Below are positions 53,985-64,000 of a DNA stretch of 64,000 bases, in pieces. The translations under genes and the position numbers were made by a program. The notes beneath the pieces were generated by a model, which did no database searches, was not told where the DNA came from, and was given only the letters and a program-made list of their open reading frames with translations. Source of the DNA: Octopus bimaculoides (taxonomy: Eukaryota); NCBI RefSeq assembly GCF_001194135.2, contig NC_068983.1:75255096-75319095 (forward strand), in the 5' to 3' direction. Every line of letters starts with the position of its first letter. The stretch's first letter is position 1.

Positions 53985-54547
53985 TTAACATCTTGGGAGA
54001 GGAGAGGACACAGTAGACAGAGTAATCTCACATAGTGCTAAAAAGAAGAGATAGTTACAGATAGAATATCTTTGATGAAATGTTTGCTGAGAACTAAACA
54101 GTAACTTGCTGGAAACAGCAGTTAAATGACCATCAAATAACATCTAATAGTCTTCAAAGAAGGACAGATCACATGTCTGAAATTAGAAATGATACTTTTT
54201 TCATTTTTTTTGGTTTAGCTAACAAGAGGACTTCTATAGGGTTGTTTGATATAACCGAAATAGAAGTCAAATCTCCCAAGAACCACAAACTACACTGCCA
54301 CATCTTAAGATCCACCAAAGCCAACACTATCACAGGCCAAAGAGAACGTCTCAATGTGGTTGATAGGTCTGTTAGAAATAGCAACCAAACCTCACATGAA
54401 TTGAACTTAATTATCTTTTAAAAAAAGAAATTAACTAATGTAATCCGGAGGGCACACTATGTCAAAAAGAAATGTAAAGGTTATATTTGGAATATCTCAG
54501 ATAATAGGTTTACTTGATCAGAGTACTTATAACTAACAACAACAACA

Positions 54548-54830
54548 GGCATATGGCGTAGTGGTTAAGAGCACGGGCTACTAACCCCAAGATTCCGAGT
54601 TCGATTCCAAGCAGTGACCTGAACAATAATAATAATAATAACAACAACAACAACAACATCAAAGAATACCTTAGAAATGAGAACCCAGGTTCGAAATTTC
54701 CCCAAGACACCTGAAGAAGGCTGGAGGGTATATCAGCTGAAACGTTGTGTTAACAACAAACAAGATGAGGGCAAATATCCGTTGAATGTAAATAATGTAC
54801 ATAATTCCTCATCTCTTAAATATAGAACTG
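54548..54830 (+). mobile_element. tRNA-headed SINE-like element carrying a hammerhead motif
   Basis: A-box TGGCGTAGTGG (54554-54564), B-box GAGTTCGATTCC (54597-54608), an internal (AAT)/(AAC) tract and the hammerhead at 54706-54751. It is flanked by AACAACAACA on both sides (54538-54547, 54831-54840), a possible low-complexity TSD. Confidence 0.75.
54706..54751 (+). ncRNA. Minimal type I hammerhead motif inside a tRNA-headed element
   Basis: GACAC-CUGAAGA-A-GGCUG(gaggguauau)CAGCU-GAAA-CG-UU/GUGUU. It has a 5-bp stem I (one G-U), an intact core with one extra A after A9, and stem II with a terminal G-U. Stem III is reduced to the palindrome AACGUU, typical of dimer-type minimal hammerheads. 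Confidence 0.65.
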
Positions 54831-55039
54831 AACAACAACAATAGTTTTACTTTTTAGCATTTAAACCGACCATATTTGGCTCAAATATTCTACATATTTT
54901 ATGTTCAAACTGACCAAATTTGACCTCTCACGCCTATCCGACAATGTTATTTAAAAAATAACCAATCACATTATCAAATTCCCAGAGCTACAAGATAATG
55001 CACAATTGTTAGAGTAATCTGAATGCTAAAGGGATAATA

Positions 55040-55650
55040 TCACCATAACGAGATGGTTGTTGTTTAGCTTTGACTGAAGGAACCTATGATCAAAGGTTTT
55101 CCAACCATGACCATCACAACTTTTTCTTACATGCTGGAAACTCAGGATTACATTACCTAAATATGTTCTTTCCTAAAGATGTGAAAGGGAAGGGAGTAAG
55201 ATTTGCAAGAGACTTGGCATCTATTTCTAGCAGATTGAACAACCAGGTAGAGGTGGTTATTGTTTAGCTTTGATTGAAGGAACCTGTGATCAAAGGTTTT
55301 CCAACCATGACCATCACATCTTTTTATGTGCTGGANNNNNNNNNNGATTACATTACCTAAATATGTTCTTTCCTAAAGATGTGAAAGGGAAGGGAGTAAG
55401 ATTTGCAAGAGACTTGGCATCTATTTCTAGCAGATTGAACAACCAGGTAGAGGTGGTTATTGTTTAGCTTTGATTGAAGGAACCTGTGATCAAAGGTTTT
55501 CCAACCATGACCATCACATCTTTTTATGTGCTGGAAACTCAGGATTACATCATCCACTATGCTTTTTCCTAAAGATGTGAAAGGGAAGGGGGTAAACTTT
55601 GCAGGAGACTTGGCATCTATTTCTAGCAGACTGAACAACCAGGTAGAAGC
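55040..55650 (-). repeat. Three tandem ~200-bp copies of an (AAC)n-tailed interspersed repeat (family F)
   Basis: TGTTTAGCTTTGA recurs at about 55061, 55261 and 55461. The unit is the reverse complement of the repeat at about 10760-11000 and 11540-11980, and a ~10-N gap lies in copy 2. Confidence 0.8.
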
Positions 55651-56945
55651 CCTCTTGTTAGCCAGACCAAAAAAAACCTACACAGGTTAATTAAGGAAGG
55701 AGGAAAAATAAAATATCGATAATAAGTCCTTAAATAAATAGATAAAATATACAGAAGTCAAATATCAGCCAGCCTGACTGACCTAACAATCAAACAACTC
55801 CTTCTGCATCACCACCATATGCCCCCAGCCCCCACTTTCTCCTAATATGGAGTGTCTACATGATTTCTTTCCATGTTCTTCAACTCCACTCATAATACAT
55901 TCAGCAGAGTTGGGATTGAGGGTAAGTGTGAGAAGGTAGGAATTTAAATCCCTCTTTATCTTATAATATGTGTGTATGAGAAGTTGTGTGAGAGTGTGAG
56001 AGGTGGAGGAAGTAAACCTTTCAGAGAAAGAGAGAGAAAGAGAGACGGACTGACAGACAGAATCCCCTTAGACTCCCAGCAAACAACAAAAAAGTAGGCT
56101 AATGGATTCCAATGTATACAAAAACCCTCACCTCACTTTCTCGGCTGCTGCTGCTGCTTCCACTACTGCTTTAAACCTTTATGACCAGCAATGGGAGGTG
56201 GGACATTGTTGTTGCTAAACCTGTATGTGGCCATTCAAATTGCTAGAAGTACCAGCCCAGCTTTTTTTTCTTATACACACATCCCTCAAGATTCATACAT
56301 TCCATTTTTATCCCCACTAGTTCAGGATATGTGTAGAATGAAATAATAGTTCTGTGTGTACATACAATCCATCCACAAGATTCATCTGTTCAAATTCCCT
56401 ACTCCTCAGACTTTCAAGATGTTTAAGGTGTGATATAGGACTGCCTATACCACACATCTTACAAAGAAAAAAATAAGGGACAAAGTGAAAAACAGATCAT
56501 CACAATCATTATCATTTAACATCCACTGTCCATGCTGATATGGGGTGGATGGTTTGACTAGAGCTGACAAGCTGGGGAGCTGTACCAGGTTCCAGTCTGA
56601 TTTGGCTTGATTTCTACAGCTGGATGCCCTTCCTAAAATCAACCACTTTACAGTTTGCTGGGTGCTTTTATATGGCACATAGGTGTTTTTGCGTGGCACC
56701 ACACAGGCACCTTTACATGGCACCACATATATAAAAATATGAAATACTTTATAATTACTGCTATCCACAACTTTTTAAATGCCCCAAATGTGATTATCTT
56801 TTAGCATTTACTTGTTTCAGTCATTGGATTGCAGTCATGCTAGTGCACTGCTCTGAAGGGGGGTCAAACAAATTGATCCCAGTGCTTATCTTTTTTTTTA
56901 AGCCTATCAATCTCTTTTGCCAAACTGCTAAGTTACTGGGACATA

Positions 56946-57165
56946 CAAGGGGGTGCTGAAAAGTTCCTAGCTTTAAGGATGTTTGTTGCAAAAGACCTGG
57001 TTGGAGGTCCAACCTTCTGAGTTCTATTACAGAGCTTAGAAAACTGAAGGACCGTTGCAATAAGTGTGTGAATCTGAGAGGGGAATATGTTGAATAAAAT
57101 CATAATTAACTGATCATCCTGCATTTTCTTTTACTGAAAGCCAGGAACTTTTCAGCACCCCCTTG
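56946..57165 (+). mobile_element. Mariner-derived MITE inserted in a family A SINE
   Basis: 29-bp TIRs CAAGGGGGTGCTGAAAAGTTCCT(A/G)GCTTT (1 mismatch) and a TA TSD (56944-45, 57166-67). The internal frame ELRKLKDRCNKCVNLRGEYVE* is a mariner transposase C-terminus. Confidence 0.9.
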
Positions 57166-58524
57166 TAAACAAAAGGTGGTCAAGCAATGGTGGGCGTCAA
57201 ACACAAACATATACATACATATGTATCATCATCATCATTCTTGAACGTACCTTTTCCATGCTGGCATGCGTTGGGTGGTTTGACCAGTGCTGGCAAGTAG
57301 GAGAACTGCACCAGGTTCCAGTCTAATTTGGTCTAACATTAACCACTTTACAGTGTGTGCTGGGTGCTTTCAACGTGGGACCAGCACAAGCGCTTTCATG
57401 TGGTGCCAGTGCAAATGCTTTTTACATGGCACTGGCACAGTGTTCTTGCAGATCAATCCTCTTTATCAGAGTAGCATACATACATACATATATAAAAATA
57501 TACATATATACTTATATATATAAATACAGGGTTGGCCAAAAGTCACCCGACAGTAAAGCTAAATTCCATAAATACTTTATATTCAATTTTATGTATTCAT
57601 TCCAATAATGAATGTTTAACAATTGAATGCTGTGAATTAAAAATCCCCGGGTTTTTTGGGGGGGGTTTTTTCCCAACATTTATCTATTTATTAGTGAAGT
57701 CTCATATAAAACAATTTTTTGTTTTAATCTTGAGATTAAATGGTTTTGTTAGGTGACTTTGGGCAAATCCTGTACAATGGTCTTTCTTTCAGTTTCCATC
57801 TACCAAATTCACTCATTAGACTTTAGTCAGCTAATTGCTACTTACAGTAGCAATTCAGTCTTAATCAAGCAGACCTATGATCAACAATATTCCATTTGTG
57901 ACCATCTTGGCTTTTTCTTGTTTTTCTTTTTCTCCATACATAATGTACTCCGAATTACATTATCCAAGCAATTCTTTCTTTGTAAAGACACAATCTAGTA
58001 TTTTTTTTTTAAGACATAAACCAGTTGTAAAAGCCATGCCAAAACAGACAGTGGAGCTCAGTGCAGCCTCCTTGCTGTTGAGCTTTTGTTAGCTTCTTAA
58101 CCACTCAGCAACACCTAATCTTAATTTTTTTAACTGAAATATTTTGTAATCTCTGATGTAATTTAATTGAAGTTATTTATAAATTTGGACAACCTAGTTA
58201 GTAATAATGATAATATATTGGGGGAAGGAGGCAGTGAGGAGGGGGAGAAATACACTATCTAGACAATGTGGCATGAAACCAGCAACTGAGCAATCAAAAT
58301 ATTGATTCTCATTAGAATTCCCACCAACACCAATACAGCCAACTTTTATCTATATTAATGAACAAAAGGAATTTATTAATTCAGAAGTTTCCTAGGAGCA
58401 GGCATAGCCATATGGTTAAGAAGTCCATCTCTCAACTATGTGGTTTCAGGTTGTCTCTCTTATTGTATCCTGACCTGACCAATGCCTTGAATGAATTTGG
58501 CATGCGAAAACTGCACAAAGCCTC

Positions 58525-58596
<72 letters not shown>

Positions 58597-60064
58597 CGCA
58601 CGCATATGCATACATGCACACCACATGCATACACACATGCACACTCATGTGTGAATGTTTAAATTCTGCTCTTTCAAAGACACAAGGAAAAAGAAATCCC
58701 TTACATGACAAACAGGTAAGGGTTAGAGACAGGAAGTGCATCCAACTGTAAAGCTTTGCCTTAATAATACATTATATATCTATTCCATTCTAGCATGAGA
58801 AAACAGATGTAAAAAAATTAAAATTTGCTAATGTGTAGTAAGTTTTATGGATATGTAGTAAATCTATTATCTAAATAAAGTTTACCACTATGTAAAGTAA
58901 AGGAAAATAATAATGTCTGCTTTTATTGATGTTAGATAAAAATATAACTACCTGGTTATCATCAACATTTAACGCCCATTTTCCAAATTGGCATGCGTTG
59001 GATAGCTTGACAAAACCTAGCAAGACCAGAGGCCACATCAGGTTCCCAAGGTTTGTTTTGGCTTGGTTTGCATGTGTATATGTCCTTGCTAATGCCAACC
59101 ACTTCACAGAGTGTACTGGGTGCTTTTTATGTGGCACCATCACCAGTGCTTTTTATGTGGCACCATCACCAGTGCTTTTTATGTGGCACTTTGGTTTTAG
59201 GATTTCAATTCTATGACGAAGTACTGTAAATCTAGGAAGAATGGTGTAAAGTTCAAAAGACATAATCCTGTTCAAATACACTGCTTTTATTTCTATCAAT
59301 TTTGGAAATGATGAAGAATTTAGTAAAATAATTTTGTCACTATGAAGCCAGTGTCTGGAACATAAATTAGCTGAAATTTTGATGGACGGTTTTAATTTAG
59401 ATCATGTTAAAAACCACAAGTTTCTATGATAGAACCAAGGACAGTCTCAGGCAGGTTGGTATCAAAAGAGTTAAAGGCTATCATGACAAAGAGTAAAAGA
59501 ATGAACAACCAAAAAGAGTAGTTGACAGATTAAAAAGTAAGTTGGGTTTCAGATAGAACAGATTAGCAAAAGTTGTAAATAGAGGGAAGGAACACTGGCA
59601 AAAGAAACAATGAGAACCTCTCTTGAGGATTGTTTGATCTGCCAGAAATAGCAGCAAAATCTCCCTCAAATCACCAACCATTGTCTTAAAGTCCATTTCT
59701 CAAGTATGTGGATTCAAGTACAGTCCCTTTTACTGTAATCCCAACTGACCATTGCCACAAGTGAATTTGGTAGATGGAAACTGTATAAAGCCTCTGAGTG
59801 TAAGAGAGAAAGAGTTTGTGTGTTGTGCATGTACGTACATGTATGAACACTTACATTCTACACTATCAAAGACAGGAAAGGAGTTTTATGAGATAATGTA
59901 AATTCCACTCTAAAAAGACAAGACTGTCATGGCTGGCATGCCTTTCATCATGTCTGCTCTATTGTGACCCTGCCCATACCTGGTTTTATAATCAAAAGCA
60001 ATCGTCATTTTTGTATAATCATAGAATATGTGTAGACTACCCAATAAATTTTTCCATCATTATT

Positions 60065-60450
60065 ACCTTTTATTTTGTTTCGGTCATTAGACTGCGGCCA
60101 TGCTGGAGCACATCCATGAAGAATTTTTAGTCAAATCAATCCCAGTACTTAACATTTTTTTAAAACCTGGTGTTTATTCTATCATTCTCTTATTGCCGAA
60201 CTGCTAAGTTATGGGGATGTAAGCACGCCAACACTGGTTCCCAAACCGGTGGGTGGTAGGGAACCAACACAGGCACAAAGGGACACACACATATGACTAG
60301 CTTCTTTAAGCTCCTGTCTACCAAATTTATTCACAAGGCTTTGGTCGGCCCAAGGTTATAGTAGAAAACACTTGCTCAAGGTACCATGCAGTGGAACTGA
60401 ATCCTGAACCAGGTAGTTGTGAAACAAACTTACCACACAGCCATACCTGC
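60065..60450 (-). mobile_element. Family A SINE, diverged
   Basis: Reverse-complement family A modules in order. Confidence 0.7.
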
Positions 60451-61145
60451 ATTTTTTCCCCCTTTTTTGGACAGTAGGATGTGATTTGAGAGAGATTTGA
60501 CAGCTAATTCTAACAGGTCAAGCAAACACCACACGCAGCAGTTCTCAAACAGTGCATCAACAGCAGCAGACTGGTGCACTTTAAGATGTAGCTACTGAGA
60601 AAATACTAAAATATATATTTTAAGAAAAATGTAAATAATACAGAAATTGTAAATAAAAAAAAAACCTTACAACTAAGCTCTATCTATTGAACAAAAGACG
60701 TAAGAACTTAATTTTCTGTAATTTAATTTATATTTATAGACTAAAAATATATAAATACATTTTTGGCTCTAAAATATGCTGCAAGCAAAAAAAAAAAAGT
60801 TTAGGAGCAACTCACATAAAGGCTTGTGTTGTCGCATTCTATTTTGGCAACAAAGTTTTTTTTTTTGCTTTGTATGAAAGGCAGATTGTATGAAGCATGT
60901 GTAAATATGATGCAGCTAAGTAACAAGCAATTTACAGCACTGAGTGTAGAAAATCAATAGAAGTTAGAATGAAATAAGTGATGCATGCATCATCCATTGG
61001 ATGTGAAACAGTATTAACTTGCATAAAAAAAAGAAAAGGCACCGTAAAAGGTAAGTAAAGGGAACAGTTGGTCATTAAAAGACTGCGAGGTTATGAAAAA
61101 AAGTGTGGTGAGCATTATCAGTTGTTGTTGGTTAGCCCTATTTAA

Positions 61146-61896
61146 CCCTTTAGCTTTTAACCCTTTCGATACCAACCCGGCTGAAACCGCCTCTGGCTCT
61201 GTAGTACAAATGCTTTGTTTTCATAAGTTTTGAATTAAAATTTTCCACCAAACTTTAGTCACAATTTATGTTCCTAATACTAGCTTAATGATAACTAAGT
61301 TATTTTACTAAATTCTTTGTTATATTTGAAGTAATTGAAAGAAACAGAGAGCATCTCAAAATAAATACGTTAATGAAAGGGTTAAACCAAGCATACTCGG
61401 CCAAAATATTCTACCTGTTTTATGTTCAAACTGGCCAGATCCAGCCTCTCACACCTACCCTACAATATTAGCCCTAAAATAAATATTCACATAATCAAAA
61501 TCTCAACACTACAAGATAATGCAGGATAAATTCAAAGCAATATGAATAAACAAGGTCTTATGGAGGTAGTGACCGGTGACCAAGACCTTCAGTGATATAC
61601 CGTGCTTGTGTAGACCTGTCAAGCCAAGTGAGACCATAGTTGTGGCCGATGCCGGTGTCAGGTCAATGGCACCCAAGCCGGTGGCACATAAAAAAACACC
61701 CACTACACTCTCGGAGTGGTTGGCATTAGGAAGGGCATCCAGCTGTAGAAACCTTTCCAAATCAGATCGGAACCCGGTGCAGCTCCCCGGCTTACCAGTT
61801 TTCAGTCAAATTGTCCAACCCAAGCCAGCATGGAAAGCAGACGTTAAATGATGATGATGATGATTCATTTGACAGAACAATCTGAATGCTAACGGG
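61146..61896 (+). mobile_element. Family D MITE hosting a family E MITE (61161-61381) and a truncated RTE (about 61557-61864)
   Basis: Outer TTAA 61142-45. The inner element is bounded by TTAA 61157-60 and 61382-85 with CCCTTTC/GAAAGGG ends. The RTE piece starts in the ORF end (LMEVVTGDQDL..., matching LTEAMTTDRDL) and ends in (GAT)n. The outer element resumes at CATTTGACAG. Confidence 0.85.
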
Positions 61897-62107
61897 TTAG
61901 AGTGTGATTAAGTAAATCACAGATGCTTGTACTCTTAAACACAGGTTGAATCGGTGTGACACTATGTGTGACTAAGGTGATCTTTGACAAGTTCCCACAC
62001 AGTATCTGTTCACTCATAAGCATTAGGTCATTGCCAAGACACCTTTCCCAAGTCTGTCTTGAATGGGATGAACTTTTGATAGAAAGCATCCCAGCAGTGA
62101 ACATACC

Positions 62108-62160
62108 ATGAAATGGACATGCGTATATGAAATGGACATGCGTATATGAAATGGACATGT
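62108..62160. repeat. 19-bp tandem repeat x~2.7
   Basis: ATGAAATGGACATGCGTAT repeated. Confidence 0.85.
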
Positions 62161-62242
62161 GTGTAAGAAAGAGAATGAGTGAAGGTGTGTGTTGTGATGT
62201 ATGAATTTTTTTGCATGTATGTGTATGTGGCATTCACTCGTG

Positions 62243-62273
<31 letters not shown>

Positions 62274-64000
62274 TATCTTTCATATACATGTACATAGCGG
62301 AAGTAAAGAATACACACACCACCCGTTTTCGGTGTAACTCTAACCCTAAACACTGGGAGTGTGTATTCTTTACCTTCGCCCATAAATACATATGCCTACA
62401 TCTTTTTTGTTTGTGACTGTTTTTCCTCATAACATACAGAAAAATGTCTTTTAATGCAATTTTTTTGGTTGTGGCTTATTTTATTATAATATTTGTATGT
62501 ACATTTTCATAAATGCTTGTCTGAGTAGAATTCTACACATGTGTGAAACATTGGATGAAAGTGAAACATTGGAAACAAATCGAAATACTTTCTGAATATG
62601 ACCTGAAAACTGTGCGACCTAACCTAGTTGCCAAGGTTAGTTTAGTTGTAAAAAATTGTTGAATCAAGAACATAGTTTATTTGGTAGATAGATTATAAGC
62701 AGCTTTCTTTATTTATAATAATACAGAGGTGATTAATTTGGAGAAATATTACTTTCATTATTCACACATCATCACTCTCATAATGCAACACTTAGTAATT
62801 TTGGTTTAAATTCAAAGTGTGAAACTATTTTTATTTTCTAATGAAACTTGGTCGTTGTAGAGAAGTGTATTTGAAATAACTATAGCTAGTTGTTGAGATA
62901 ACATAGAAATATGTAAATGAAAGTAAAGTTTATTTGACATTTGTAATTGATTTGATTGTTCTGGTCTTAAAATCAGTTGGTAAGAATAGAAGTCATTTGA
63001 CAACAACTTTTTGTTTGTAATTGGCTATCCTGTTGCAGGAAAGTCACTAATTTAGCAAAAGTTACTGTGCATCACCAATGTAACAGAGAACAGAAAGTCA
63101 ACATTTATTTAGAACACGAATTAAATGTTATAAAATTCATGATTGAATATCACAGTGAAGAAAGTGAAAGTCCAAGAAAATCAGAAGGAATAATTCAATT
63201 TTTCATACAAAAATAATTTATTTTACAATTTTGAAATGAACACTGAACCAAATGTATAGAAAGGAAGATGCTGCTGTTGTAACGTTAATTTAAGATATTT
63301 GCTGAACGTTGTAATGTTAATTTAAGATATTTGCTGAAGATTTAATAGCAAAATTAAATCTTGCTATTAATTTATAGCAAGATATAAATTAATTTGACAT
63401 TACTGCATATTTTTCAACTGTTTAACGTTATAGGCTGTAGAATAAATACTGACTAACGTAGTAAAAAGGTTGTGAGATGCTGATACTCATAGTGATAAAG
63501 CTTGGGAGGACTGTTAAAAATTATCTTGAAACTGGTTAGGAGTGGAATAACATTTCTGTAATTATATTGAAAAAGCCGTTGAGGCTTTCTACTTCGCCAA
63601 GTTTCCAAATTTGTTATAATAACCAGAATAACATTTTTTTTCAGATATATTTGCAAGTATTGTGATAAATCAGCCAAAATCTTCATGTTGGTAGTACTTC
63701 AAAGTGAACTCTGTTGTTCCTTTAAAAATCCAGGTCACAACTAAACTTTCAATATGGGCACGTTTCATTGTTGGGCAGGAGAAAGTTACATAAACTAAGA
63801 CACACACAAACAAACGTACATTAACGCACACCTGAAGCCTATTTCTGTCCCTATGTGTGTCAGTCATCATAAAAATGTATGTATACTGACAGACACATAC
63901 ACTTGTCACACAGATATACTTGTCAACCATCGGCCTAATGTAGGTAACAAACGAGCAAACACACTCATACAGAAAATGTGTTGTCATTGTTGTTGTAGTG

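Noticed and set aside
57527-57560. Tc1/mariner element starting TACAGGGTTGGCCAAAAGT
   Set aside because: Only one TIR-like end was seen and no matching partner end was found.
63453-63686. 77-aa minus-strand ORF as a gene
   Set aside because: It has no recognisable domain or splice context, and its length is within chance expectation.

Overview
AT-rich, repeat-saturated eukaryotic genomic DNA from a gapped draft assembly (7 N-runs, several flanked by (TA)n). The repeat complement points to a coleoid cephalopod, most likely Octopus; this is an inference. That complement includes tRNA-derived CORE-type SINEs, many RTE-LINE 3' ends with (GAT)n tails, mariner/pogo/hAT/piggyBac-like MITEs and dense microsatellites. 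No intact protein-coding gene can be supported. The supplied ORFs are microsatellite, N-gap or SINE artefacts, except for decayed transposon coding fragments (RTE RT/C-terminus, CR1/L2-like C-terminus, mariner transposase). The window is best read as a large intron or intergenic region. The strongest unexplained signal is a dispersed set of type I hammerhead ribozyme motifs from about four different sequence families. One has a fully intact catalytic core and an extended stem I (28548-28623, minus strand) and sits in a head-to-head inverted repeat between (TA)n tracts. Another lies inside a tRNA-headed SINE-like element (54548-54830). These resemble Penelope-like/retrozyme-type self-cleaving non-autonomous retroelements. 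All folds were done by eye and need computational and biochemical confirmation.
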